From positions 1,152,001-1,216,000 of the forward strand of contig OX638351.1 of assembly GCA_951813565.1 (NCBI GenBank): a stretch of DNA of 64,000 bases, given 5' to 3'. The position numbers and the translations under genes are program-made. Below, piece after piece: positions 51,981 to 64,000 of the stretch; the stretch's first letter is position 1; each line of letters starts with the position of its first letter. The DNA is from an uncultured Poribacteria bacterium (GTDB lineage: Bacteria > Poribacteria > WGA-4E > WGA-3G). The notes below the pieces were generated by a model, which saw only the letters and a program-made list of their open reading frames with translations, had not been told where the DNA came from and ran no database searches.

Positions 51981-53117
51981 TTACGGATTTGCATTTACAT
52001 TGTTCCTGTGTCCATACCTACGAAGTATGAGCCTGCCGTTATCCGTTGAACAACTGACGCGGATTCCGCGGGCAACACGAAAAGTATAAACGTTAGCATG
52101 CCCTTGTAAAGCTTTAAATCGTAATCCTCCTCCTGTGAGTGCTGTTGTATCTCCGTTGTTAGCCTTAAGTTTATAGGCAACATGAGCTAATGTTTCCTGA
52201 AGTTTAATGCGTTCTTCAACATTGTTTTGATTGCTGAAGTCATCTTTGAAACTTGGCAAGTATTCCAATCGTGGGAATGGTAGAAGTTCTCCTGTCAAAA
52301 TATCTGCTTTTGTCCGATTCCAAATCAGGTTTCCCCACGCGGACAACCATGCAACAGTTTTTCCGTTATTTGCTAGAGATTCAAGCAGTGTTTCTGGAAT
52401 ACCTTCAAGTTCTTCAATAGGATAATCTGCGTCAGCCGCCATCATTGCAAATTTTGTCCGATGCTGTTGGATTACGGATGTATCAATCTTAATTGGGAGA
52501 CGTGGAATTCTAATCAGATCAGAAGATCGTTCAAAGATATATACAGTTTCATCGGCATAGAATGTGCCGAAAGTCTGCATGTAACCTTGCAGGCTTTTGA
52601 AGCCACCAACAAGATTAAATATGACACGATAACCCGCATCAGGCCGCCACGGGACGTTATCCTCCAACCACTTAATGAGCTCCTTTATACCATCGGTGAA
52701 AGAATCTGTATCTTTCGTCGATAAACCTTTAGGTGTTACAATAGATACGCTACACCCTTTATCTTGCAGAAACTCAGAAATCAGTTTACCTGTTGTTTCT
52801 CCTTGTGCGGTGTCGGTGCAGATAAGATAGTGTTGATCTTTACTGTTTTCAGGTAACCGACCTTCGTAGATACCATAAACACCATTTAATTCTGCACTTG
52901 CCATTCGGTTTGTATTTACATCATTTTCCTGGAGTTTTTTATGTGCGCGTTCAGCGAGTTTTGTAATAACATCTTGAGCCTTAGCTTCTAATTCATCATT
53001 TTTAAGATTTGCTGATTCCACAAGTATTTTTGCCCAATCTCTTGCTTCGTCCGGATCTTTTCTATTGATGGAATTTGTGAGGATACTTGTTCCAACGGTT
53101 GATACGATAAAACGCAT
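51981..53117 (-). CDS. cami1: CARF (APE2256-type)-wHTH-RelE effector, Cami1-like
   Basis: STVGTSIL, TDTxxG, NLVGGFKS and VYIFE CARF motifs; C-terminal RelE-like FKALQG..VYTFRVARGIRVS...LILRRYGH. Confidence 0.8.
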   Translation of the reverse strand: MRFIVSTVGTSILTNSINRKDPDEARDWAKILVESANLKNDELEAKAQDVITKLAERAHKKLQENDVNTNRMASAELNGVYGIYEGRLPENSKDQHYLICTDTAQGETTGKLISEFLQDKGCSVSIVTPKGLSTKDTDSFTDGIKELIKWLEDNVPWRPDAGYRVIFNLVGGFKSLQGYMQTFGTFYADETVYIFERSSDLIRIPRLPIKIDTSVIQQHRTKFAMMAADADYPIEELEGIPETLLESLANNGKTVAWLSAWGNLIWNRTKADILTGELLPFPRLEYLPSFKDDFSNQNNVEERIKLQETLAHVAYKLKANNGDTTALTGGGLRFKALQGHANVYTFRVARGIRVSCSTDNGRLILRRYGHRNNVNANP

Positions 53118-53144
53118 TCTTAGCCTCCTTTCATGCTAAAAGAA

Positions 53145-54317
53145 TCAAGAGGCGTCAATTGGTGATATTTTGACCCAACCGAGTGGTGTGACAGGGTTAT
53201 CTCTACGGTATAAAATGCGGCGGGTTTTTGGGAATTCACGAGTATCATAGGGTTGTCGTTGATTAGAACGACTCCTACCTAACCGATACCGTTCTCGTAA
53301 CTCCATCACGTCTATAGGTGCATCTTCTCCTTGCGTAAACGATGCGGTAACAGTGTTAGAAAGGTATCCTGCGCCCCACCCGATTTGCAGCATAAACGCA
53401 TCGTCAGCCAGTCTATTGTTTAAACCCATCAGTTGTTCATATAGGTTAGCGATTTCTGGATTATTGTAGTCATCATAGAACTTTCGTTCCACTTCCATAA
53501 GTATTTGCGTCTCCTCGTTACAAACTTCAGCAATTTCTTGGAGTATATTTTTTTGTGTCTTATCAAAATTGAGTTGTTTTTTCTCCCTTTCTCTAAAAAG
53601 CAGGTCATCAATCTTGATGGAAAAACTCAAAGACTTCACACCCTGAATTACCTCTACAAAGTTTTTATATTCTGTGTTGTCCTCAACCTTCTGTTCAAGT
53701 TGATTGTTTTGATTGAGTGTAACCGTCCATGCAGTCTCGATTGCAAGTGCGTCCCACTCAAGCGGTTCAGTATCGCTTACTTGTAATGCGCGAAGCAGAT
53801 CATGGGTAGGGTCTTTCCCAAACGCCAGTTTTTCTATCTGTTGGGCAGGATTTTCTTGTCTACGTCTCGGTGGCGTGCCTTTTTCAATTTCTCTGTTCAG
53901 ATGTTCCGAACTGTCGTTATAGAGTTTTTCATTTTCAGCATTGTTTATTAGATCCGATAACAACGCAGTGCGGAGTGCACCTTTGATACTGCTACCGGGA
54001 ATATAGGGACGGTTGCCTACGGATTTGATAGCTTCTCGTATGTCAGTTGTTTCTGGGCTTTGGGCGCAAAGGATATTATAAGTGGAAAGGTCCGCTGCAT
54101 CCATGTTGTGCCGTGAGAAGTAATCGCTCCAACGGAAATCGCGCTGCGACATTTCGGAGGTCAATGCGTTTATATCAGTGCTTGGATGCGCTAATACTTT
54201 GTCCAGGTCAATATGATACCACCTGCTGTTAGCATAATAGCCATCAATATGATTCAACGTTTCGCCTGTGCCGATGTGGACTGGGGTGAGTGTTTCAAGT
54301 TTGTATTTTTGTTTCAT
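53145..54317 (-). CDS. csm5: Csm5 RAMP
   Basis: TLTPVHIGTG, PYIPGSSIKGALRTA, QIGWGAG and PLGWV. Confidence 0.92.
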   Translation of the reverse strand: MKQKYKLETLTPVHIGTGETLNHIDGYYANSRWYHIDLDKVLAHPSTDINALTSEMSQRDFRWSDYFSRHNMDAADLSTYNILCAQSPETTDIREAIKSVGNRPYIPGSSIKGALRTALLSDLINNAENEKLYNDSSEHLNREIEKGTPPRRRQENPAQQIEKLAFGKDPTHDLLRALQVSDTEPLEWDALAIETAWTVTLNQNNQLEQKVEDNTEYKNFVEVIQGVKSLSFSIKIDDLLFREREKKQLNFDKTQKNILQEIAEVCNEETQILMEVERKFYDDYNNPEIANLYEQLMGLNNRLADDAFMLQIGWGAGYLSNTVTASFTQGEDAPIDVMELRERYRLGRSRSNQRQPYDTREFPKTRRILYRRDNPVTPLGWVKISPIDAS

Positions 54318-54337
54318 TATTGAGGTTTTCTCCTACA

Positions 54338-55393
54338 TTATCGGGAATCGGAGTTCCCTCCTACTTTGATGCCGACCTGCCACGCGTAGCCATAGCGATA
54401 GACGTGATGCGGGTATTCCTTCGGTGTTAAATCTACCAACCTGCCAACGAGTTTGTCAGATGAATTTAAAACTGAACCTTCTGCGAACATATTGACCTTT
54501 TTCCTCTTTTTGTGTGTGCCAGTTGCCCCCACCCATCCTGTTAATGGGTTTAGGTTGTAGGCGATATCACCTTTGAGGAGATGCTCAAGTTGCTCCGATG
54601 ATTTGGGGCATATCGGTGAAAGTGTGACAAATTGCGTGCTGTGTTCCGCTGTCGATATTTCAAGATCATGCGCTGGGCAAAACTCAAACTGCCCGTAACC
54701 TGCGTTGCGTTCACCACCGATTCCGTTGTCGCCAAGCACTCGGAGTAGCGTTTCTACTTTCTGTTTTGTTGCATCAGAGTCAAATTTCGCTGCGAACCAG
54801 AGTCCGCAGTTTGTATTGAATTGGACGGTTTGGACGTGCCATATTTCGGAGCCTGAATTTTGCGCACCGATGGTAACGCGCGGGCGTGTGGTAGTCTCCC
54901 AAATGATTGGCGTATTATCCATCACCTTATTTAGTTGATCTTTTTCATCAGCACTTATCCAAACATTTTCACCGTTGATCAGATTGTCTCTGTCAAAATC
55001 AGGCGATTGATCGGAGATAATGTTTTGAAAAATAGATTTGGAAATGAACCGGACCTTTTTGATTTTTTTCTTAGATTTGTCTGGGACATTTTCATTTCCA
55101 CGAAAAGTCAAAGGTTTCGGAAAGAGGTAGATGTTATCTGCATACGGAAACGCAGAGGTTAACATAAAAGGTAACGTCTCGCTATCTTCTTTGTATCGTT
55201 CAAGAGACTTTTTGAGACTGTCGGTGTCGTAAAAGGTTGACCACGTTTGGCAGATTGCAGAAAAGAGCGTATCTGCTGGGATGTAGGTCTCGGTTTTCTC
55301 TAAGCCGAGGCTGCCTGTTTGTGCTGCACCTGTGGCGCGCCCGAGGTGTAGTTGTGTTTTGAACCTTAAGCGATAGACGGTATAATCTTCCAT
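54338..55393 (-). CDS. csm4: Csm4 RAMP
   Basis: LHLG, ADTLFSA, GIGGERNAGYG and HHVYRYG. Confidence 0.92.
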   Translation of the reverse strand: MEDYTVYRLRFKTQLHLGRATGAAQTGSLGLEKTETYIPADTLFSAICQTWSTFYDTDSLKKSLERYKEDSETLPFMLTSAFPYADNIYLFPKPLTFRGNENVPDKSKKKIKKVRFISKSIFQNIISDQSPDFDRDNLINGENVWISADEKDQLNKVMDNTPIIWETTTRPRVTIGAQNSGSEIWHVQTVQFNTNCGLWFAAKFDSDATKQKVETLLRVLGDNGIGGERNAGYGQFEFCPAHDLEISTAEHSTQFVTLSPICPKSSEQLEHLLKGDIAYNLNPLTGWVGATGTHKKRKKVNMFAEGSVLNSSDKLVGRLVDLTPKEYPHHVYRYGYAWQVGIKVGGNSDSR

Positions 55394-55401
55394 AATCGCA
55401 C

Positions 55402-56232
55402 CTATTTCCCGTTAATTGCTTTCAAAATTGTAGTTTTATAGTCCAATTTGCGTAGGGTTGCAATATCGGTGTTTTCATCTCCGATAGGGGTAAGGGTAAC
55501 GTTTGGGTCTTCATAACATTCACGCGATTTGAAGGTCATGGTTAGGTTCTCAAATGCTATTTGCCCAGAACCGCGGGAACCGGAGCCGCCGAGGTAGTCA
55601 TCTTGAAGCAGTTCCATACCTTTTAGGACGGTGTCGAAAAGTTTGAGTTCGTCTTGAAGTTGATTGTCATGATCGCTGCCGTGCAGTGTATAGAGACTGT
55701 GGGCTACTTGAAATGGTCCGAATATTGCGCCTGCAGGGACCCGTTCCTGTTGACGTGGTGTAGCGGCAGAGGTAATTCGGTCAATTGCTACTTCTGTCTT
55801 AATTTCGGTGAAGTCGGTATCGGTGTCGACTCTGTCCAGTACCGCCAGTGATTCGTCGGTTAAAAAGGTGTCTCGGACGATCACACGTGTCGGCATTGTT
55901 TTCCCTCTTAATTGTTGTATTGGTGCAACACCGAAAACTTGACAAACTGGGCATATATTATATTCTGCTGGTGTTTTGCACTCGTGAACTTGGACATCTC
56001 TACCGACAGACTTATTCAAATCCTTCTCGAAGTGCCGGTCAAGTAAACCTCGCATCTTTCCACGTAAGGACGAACCGGGGATGTAGGGTTGTCGGTTGAA
56101 GGCGTTTCGTATGATTGGATTATCAATACCACCGATGTCTAATTCACCTGTGTTGCCACCGATGTGTAATCCTGTTAAGGCGTTGATTGCACCTTTTAGA
56201 AAAATTTTTCCGTGTAGTTGAATGCTTGGCAT
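55402..56232 (-). CDS. csm3: Csm3 RAMP
   Basis: TGLHIGG...IGGIDNPIIR, PYIPGSSLRGKMR, EIKTEVAIDR and YLGGSGSRGSG; AAGGAGG SD before ATG at 56232. Confidence 0.95.
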   Translation of the reverse strand: MPSIQLHGKIFLKGAINALTGLHIGGNTGELDIGGIDNPIIRNAFNRQPYIPGSSLRGKMRGLLDRHFEKDLNKSVGRDVQVHECKTPAEYNICPVCQVFGVAPIQQLRGKTMPTRVIVRDTFLTDESLAVLDRVDTDTDFTEIKTEVAIDRITSAATPRQQERVPAGAIFGPFQVAHSLYTLHGSDHDNQLQDELKLFDTVLKGMELLQDDYLGGSGSRGSGQIAFENLTMTFKSRECYEDPNVTLTPIGDENTDIATLRKLDYKTTILKAINGK

Positions 56233-56242
56233 GTGTTCCTCC

Positions 56243-59132
<2,890 letters not shown>

Positions 59133-59200
59133 TGGGTGTTGTCCTTGTGGTATCAGGTGTTTTTCAATGGGTTATCTTATCATAACTTCAGTCAATATGA

Positions 59201-59301
59201 TGCTCTATTCCAAATTGGTTCGATTAAAAATGTACAAGAAATACAAGTTCCTTTAAGAGGAACAACAAAAGTTTTTATTCCAAATTGGTTCGATTATAAA
59301 G
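59201..59301 (-). CRISPR. Degenerate one-spacer mini-array (divergent repeats)
   Basis: tgctctattccaaattggttcgattaaaaa, a 40-nt spacer (59231-59270), then gtttttattccaaattggttcgattataaag. Both repeats share the same two substitutions versus the main repeat. Confidence 0.85.
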
Positions 59302-59419
59302 TGTACATCCAACATTATACATTTTGTACACTATTAAGTTTGGAATGTCAAGTTAAAAGTCAGGAAATTCGGAAATATAAAGGTAGGGCGAGGCAAAGGT
59401 GCCTCGCCAATTCAGTGGG

Positions 59420-59599
59420 TTAATTGTTTGGAAAACTTTTGATGTTTTTCTTACAGTTCTTTGTAATTCTTTTTATCTCATTTTTCTCATTGTACTTGCT
59501 GGTGTCTTTCGACTCATCTCGAAAAAACGAGAAGAAAAATCCGAAATGGATTTTTACCTTCCTGTTCGGTTGTAAGCGAAATTCTGAATAGAATTTCAT
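59420..59599 (-). CDS. Putative 59-aa basic small protein
   Basis: Manual translation MKFYSEFRLQPNRKVKIHFGFFFSFFRDESKDTSKYNEKNEIKRITKNCKKNIKSFPNN; GAAAGGAGG SD; below the ORF-track cutoff. Confidence 0.4.
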   Translation of the reverse strand: MKFYSEFRLQPNRKVKIHFGFFFSFFRDESKDTSKYNEKNEIKRITKNCKKNIKSFPNN

Positions 59600-59721
59600 G
59601 ATATCTGCCTCCTTTCTTCATAAAATTTAACATTTATCTCCTTTCTTGTTTGACATGAGTCCACAGTAGAATACTTTCCTTAAACTTGTGAAACATCTTG
59701 TCGTGATTTATTCTAATGATA

Positions 59722-59738
59722 TGCAAAATCTATGCCAA
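59722..59738 (-). promoter_or_regulatory. Sigma54 (-24/-12) promoter
   Basis: Minus strand TTGGCATAGATTTTGCA is TGGCAY-N5-TTGCA with exact GG-N10-GC spacing. Confidence 0.6.
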
Positions 59739-59855
59739 TAATTTCGGTAGAAATTATATGGTTATCTCCTTTTTGCTGTGCCAAATTGACATTTTTATCG
59801 CAACTTCATAAAACAACAAGGTCAATTCGGCACATTTGGAGCGTTTAACGTTATA

Positions 59856-62189
59856 CTATAAAACGTTCGGATTATATTCGTCTAATATCAGACCAAGTGT
59901 ATTATCGTAGCGAACGTTGATGAAATACTGATTTATACGTTCATTTTCGTTGATTTGCCCATCCTTATATAGTTTTGCAAATTGGCTGTAACTAATTTGT
60001 GCGATGTATGCCCTCGCTTCATAATACTTGCGAGCATCTGTGTCGGATAAAAATTCTTGTTCGTAGCACGTTGGCACAACCTCAACGCTTTTAAAGAGTT
60101 CGTTAAACTCTTTACGTCCTTTAGCATCTTCAATGAACGGGACGATGTCTTGTAGGTGCCGTTCAAACAGTTGTTTTGCTCTATTAAACTTATCATTTTC
60201 TTTTTCATCATACCCTTCACAATAAACATTTTCTATAAGGACTTGGATTTTTGACTCCTTGAGTGTGTCATTAACTACAGATGCGAAAGCGTTTATAGTG
60301 CGTTCAACTTTCTCTGTGGAATAGATGTATTTATCGCTTTTCCCACCCTCTTTGCATATATGGACATCACAGATTCCTTTCTTGCCTTTTCTGTTGATAC
60401 GACCAAAACGTTGGATGAGTGCATCTATCGGTGCAGGTTCAGTAAAGAGACAATCAAAATCAATGTCAAGTGATACCTCAACGGCTTGTGTGCCGACAAG
60501 GAGATCGGCGTTTTCAAGTTCTCCTTCTATCCTTTCCCGATCTTTAAGGATAAATCGGCTGTGAAGGAGTTTGGCATTATCGGCTCCATGCTGCAATTCC
60601 TGAAACACATCTTGTGCCTGCTTGACAGTATTACAGACAACCATAACGCTATCTCCTTGGTTCAGTTTATCCTTTATTTTCGGAATAGCATCGGGGATAT
60701 TTCCATCAAGCAGCTTGACACGGTGCCGTGTGAATTTGTCCCTATCTTCTGGTGCCATGTCAACTGGTATGAATTCCCCGATTGCCTTGATAATCATATC
60801 TGTAAGAAACTGGGGCATTGTAGCAGTCATAATGCAGAACTTTGCATTGTAATCTTCACGGAGTTTCTTTATCATTGTCAAAATAAGCGCGGTTGTGTGC
60901 GGATCATAAGCATGGATTTCGTCAAAGATGAAAAGTCCATGAGACATCTCTGCCATCTGCATTTCAAAACCGCGTATACCGAAAAATGCTTTGAGGAGTT
61001 GAAAGGGCGTTAGCACCTTGTAAGGACGACAAATTTTTTTCGTTAGATCTCTTTCGTCTTGAGCACGTTTTTGCCTAACTAATTTTTCGGCAGATTCATG
61101 ATCACGCCCCTGATCAATGAAAGCTTGATATATGGCTTGATATTTGGCAGCATTTTGAGGTGTATAGTCTTTATCAACGAGTGCTTGATACATGAAGTAG
61201 GTAGCCTTTCCATGCAACACACCTATTTTTTCGTCTGATACGAGTTTTTTCAATCTCTTATACATTGCGTTGATGCTTGCAGTATAGGGTAACACATAAA
61301 AGACACGGTTACCTTTTGTTTTGCATTGGTTTTTGTCTGACCAAAGCAGCGCAGCTTCCGTTTTACCTGAACCTGTCGGTGCTGATAGCATGAGCTGACC
61401 GTCGGTTTTCCCAGCATCCTCTTGAAAGGACTCCCATCCGTGAAATTGTCGTCCTCTTTGCTCAATGCTTTGTACAAGGGACGCTTCAAGTTTATCAAGG
61501 GCGGTTTGGATTTCGTTTTTGGCATTGACATTAGAAGCAAGATGATCGCAGGCAATCATGCATCCGCGCATCAGCATGCCGTAGGTGCAGTGTAAGGAGT
61601 TTAATTCACCGTCTTCAAAGTCGTTCAAATATGGGGCAAGAAATTCTCGGTAACCACTAATGAGTAGATCGGTTGAGGTAACGGGTGTCCATAAGCACGT
61701 TGTTGTAGGAAACCAACTATGAAACCAATGAGGGATCTGCTCCTGTATTTCCATCAAAGCATCCCAATTCGGTTCCAGTTCTGCAACATGCTTTTGCCAC
61801 TCTTGATAACCTTCTTCGTTTTCTGGAATGCATGGATACTTTTCCCACAGCGTCTCACTATCCTTATGGTGTGTTAAAATGGCAAGTGCAATTGCCTGTT
61901 TTGCCTCATCTGATATTTGAAGTGTTACCACAAATCCAGTGGAAAGGATTTCATGACGATAGTTCCACCGATCATCTCTATCGGTAAGTTGCTTTTGGAA
62001 ACCGGTTGCTGCTTTGCCGAAATCGTGAAGTGCGACAGCGTAAAAAAGATGTTCAAAGAAATTAGGTTCTCCTGCAACATCAGCTAAAAAAGGCATCCGT
62101 TCTCGTAGACTATTGTATACTTCAAGACAATTCTGTGTATGATCATGAAGTGATTCTTGTGGATCGCTTTTTGCTAATAGTGTGGACAT
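59856..62189 (-). CDS. cas3: Cas3 HD nuclease-helicase
   Basis: LHDFGKA, RHE, APTGSGKTEA, FDEIHAY, TAT and QRFGRINR. Confidence 0.97.
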   Translation of the reverse strand: MSTLLAKSDPQESLHDHTQNCLEVYNSLRERMPFLADVAGEPNFFEHLFYAVALHDFGKAATGFQKQLTDRDDRWNYRHEILSTGFVVTLQISDEAKQAIALAILTHHKDSETLWEKYPCIPENEEGYQEWQKHVAELEPNWDALMEIQEQIPHWFHSWFPTTTCLWTPVTSTDLLISGYREFLAPYLNDFEDGELNSLHCTYGMLMRGCMIACDHLASNVNAKNEIQTALDKLEASLVQSIEQRGRQFHGWESFQEDAGKTDGQLMLSAPTGSGKTEAALLWSDKNQCKTKGNRVFYVLPYTASINAMYKRLKKLVSDEKIGVLHGKATYFMYQALVDKDYTPQNAAKYQAIYQAFIDQGRDHESAEKLVRQKRAQDERDLTKKICRPYKVLTPFQLLKAFFGIRGFEMQMAEMSHGLFIFDEIHAYDPHTTALILTMIKKLREDYNAKFCIMTATMPQFLTDMIIKAIGEFIPVDMAPEDRDKFTRHRVKLLDGNIPDAIPKIKDKLNQGDSVMVVCNTVKQAQDVFQELQHGADNAKLLHSRFILKDRERIEGELENADLLVGTQAVEVSLDIDFDCLFTEPAPIDALIQRFGRINRKGKKGICDVHICKEGGKSDKYIYSTEKVERTINAFASVVNDTLKESKIQVLIENVYCEGYDEKENDKFNRAKQLFERHLQDIVPFIEDAKGRKEFNELFKSVEVVPTCYEQEFLSDTDARKYYEARAYIAQISYSQFAKLYKDGQINENERINQYFINVRYDNTLGLILDEYNPNVL

Positions 62190-62192
62190 GTC

Positions 62193-62828
62193 TTATTCTC
62201 CATGAATGCGTTGGTGCAAATAGACACCCCATTCCTTATCGGTATCGTGTAATACATCACCCTCATATTTTATTTCCTCTGTGATAAGACAATATGCACG
62301 TGTACCACACTGCCGACGCGGAATATCTGCTGTGAAATGCGTTGGTAATGCCTGCACCTGTCCGTGAAGTTGTTGGTCAGGAAACGGGAGTATTGTATCG
62401 CAATAAGTCGTTTCCGTTTTACGTTCTAATTCAACTTCCTCTATAGATTTCACCGTTGCTAAATCTGAGGAACGCCCCAACAGCAAGGGGTAATGTGGTC
62501 GTTCTAATGCATCCTTTAACCACATATCCGGGGTATAAAGATAGAGTTCTGGTTGCACAAGGAATTCGCGTCTGTTGACGTTTGATTTTGCATCTAACTT
62601 GCCTCCAAATTCATAGACGGTTTCTAAATCAACTGCTCTGCCTTTACTCTTAAAAACAAACCCTATTGCTGCATCATGCGGTGTAACCCAGTCACCTTTT
62701 GCAGCAGTCAAAAGCCCATAAAGTGCCGAAAGTGGTGGTAAGGGTAGTGTCGGCTGGAATCCGCTAATAAATAACGGATTCCGAAATGATGAAACCCATC
62801 CCGTAATGTGAACGCGTAGAACCTTCAT
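62193..62828 (-). CDS. cas5: Cas5 (type I-B)
   Basis: SSFRNP...TLPLPPLSALYGLL, REFL and LLLGRSSDL. Confidence 0.92.
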   Translation of the reverse strand: MKVLRVHITGWVSSFRNPLFISGFQPTLPLPPLSALYGLLTAAKGDWVTPHDAAIGFVFKSKGRAVDLETVYEFGGKLDAKSNVNRREFLVQPELYLYTPDMWLKDALERPHYPLLLGRSSDLATVKSIEEVELERKTETTYCDTILPFPDQQLHGQVQALPTHFTADIPRRQCGTRAYCLITEEIKYEGDVLHDTDKEWGVYLHQRIHGE

Positions 62829-63856
62829 GGAATGTCTCCGATATGTGTTTCTAATTTTTGTGATAACATGGATATTACCTTATTTGGCGAATCGTAAACG
62901 ATTTCACATGGTAGGTTTGTGTTGTTTGCCAAACTCATTAGATCCTCATCTATTCCATCCATGAACCCGCTCCGTCTACCGATATAAATCGCATCACAAA
63001 ATCGGTCTGCGTAGTCGTCAATAACTTGGTTTAGTGCGTCTAAAGATAACTCTCCGACTTCATTTCGTTCTACCATTAAATTCATGAATGGGTGGTTTCC
63101 ACCGTCAAGGACTGTGAGAATAATCAGTTTAGGTGTAACATCGGTGAGGTGTGATGTCAATTTTGCCCCACCACTGAGTATAGGAAGTGCTTCAAGAGTT
63201 TGTTGACAACGTCTCACCCGAATCTCTTTTGGAAGCACCCACGGTGCCTTTTCGTCTTCCTGAGTGCCACCCGCATTTTGGATAGTCTCAACATAACTTG
63301 ATGAGATATTCTTATAGCCAGTCCTGTTAACATCAGAAAACGCACCCACTGCACTGAGATCTAATGAGAAAATACCTTGTAGGACACACGAATAAAATTG
63401 GTGTTCATACGGCACTGGATCACCTTCTTGCCGTGCCATCACACCGAAATCGTTTGTTGGAATTTGTGGTTCGATAGCAATAAGCGGTGAACACTTCAGT
63501 GGAGACAAGCGGGTTACCGTCAAGTTTACTCTTTTCTTACCTTGCATTTCGCTTTGAGCACGCATATAACCAAAGACATCGTCATCGTCATAAGTTACAG
63601 GGTCTGCAGCGGTAAATGCAATTTTTTTCTCTCTTTCTATAGGCGAATTTTTCCATTCATCAAATTCGTGTTTAAGGGTGGTGCGCCACCAGTTTCGCCA
63701 TGCTTGTCCGGAAACATAAGGATAGGTACTCCGTCCTTTTCTTAACGTTTTGACCTTTACTATGTTTTCTGTTCTTTCAGATGTGTCCTCACCTGCGTTG
63801 TTAAGTGCGGAATATGGTGCATCAATTAGGGTGAGTCCGATAAGGTGTTTAGACAT
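62825..63856 (-). CDS. cas7: Cas7 (Cst2/DevR, type I-B)
   Basis: SALNNAG, PYVSGQAWR, DDDVFGYMRA, RLSPL and TDVTPK. Confidence 0.93.
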   Translation of the reverse strand: MSKHLIGLTLIDAPYSALNNAGEDTSERTENIVKVKTLRKGRSTYPYVSGQAWRNWWRTTLKHEFDEWKNSPIEREKKIAFTAADPVTYDDDDVFGYMRAQSEMQGKKRVNLTVTRLSPLKCSPLIAIEPQIPTNDFGVMARQEGDPVPYEHQFYSCVLQGIFSLDLSAVGAFSDVNRTGYKNISSSYVETIQNAGGTQEDEKAPWVLPKEIRVRRCQQTLEALPILSGGAKLTSHLTDVTPKLIILTVLDGGNHPFMNLMVERNEVGELSLDALNQVIDDYADRFCDAIYIGRRSGFMDGIDEDLMSLANNTNLPCEIVYDSPNKVISMLSQKLETHIGDIP

Positions 63857-63858
63857 GA

Positions 63859-64000
63859 TTAGTCCTCCTCATTTGCTTCGGTTTCAGATGCATCGTCTGC
63901 ATCAGGTATATTATCTTCATCAAAATCAACAAAACCTTTATCCTGTAGCCAGTTGTGGAGTCGTTCATAAACCCGAAAAAGCAGTAAGTCGCGCGTCTCT
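63859..64000 (-). CDS. cas8b: C-terminus of Cas8b1/Cst1 (partial)
   Basis: Manual translation ETRDLLLFRVYERLHNWL...acidic tail, immediately upstream of cas7. Confidence 0.7.
   Translation of the reverse strand, partial: ETRDLLLFRVYERLHNWLQDKGFVDFDEDNIPDADDASETEANEED

Noticed and set aside
63859..64000. Absence of cas6 as a peculiarity
   Set aside because: The operon continues past the window edge; cas6 normally lies upstream of cas8b.

Overview
Bacterial chromosomal window, about 40% GC by eye. It is probably Candidatus Poribacteria, inferred from a C-terminal 'PVEPRGKVTTTWADLK' tail, sulfatase/FG-GAP genes and dense GTAG-type palindromes. 1-9 kb: a PspA/ESCRT-III-like locus (intact and frameshifted copies) with membrane proteins, an HDxxGH protein and an AAA+ ATPase. 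9-46 kb: metabolic and housekeeping genes (PotD-like, sulfatase, uxuA, sodC, recQ, larC, an internally duplicated sigma70, MsbA-like, Clp1-like kinase, sppA, polysaccharide genes, secA), one intact IS and many MITEs carrying REP hairpins. 46-64 kb: a hybrid CRISPR-Cas locus on the minus strand. It runs type I-B (cas8b partial, cas7, cas5, cas3), type III-A (cas10, csm2-5), a CARF-RelE (Cami1-like) effector, cas4-cas1-cas2 and a 48-repeat array. Most notable: (i) Csm2 fused to a cold-shock domain; (ii) between cas3 and cas10, a sigma54-type promoter, tiny strong-SD ORFs and a divergent one-spacer mini-array, resembling creTA/crRNA-like regulators; (iii) five different spacers tiling synonymous variants of one 27-codon protein segment, all antisense to its mRNA. 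All calls come from reading the sequence; no searches were run.
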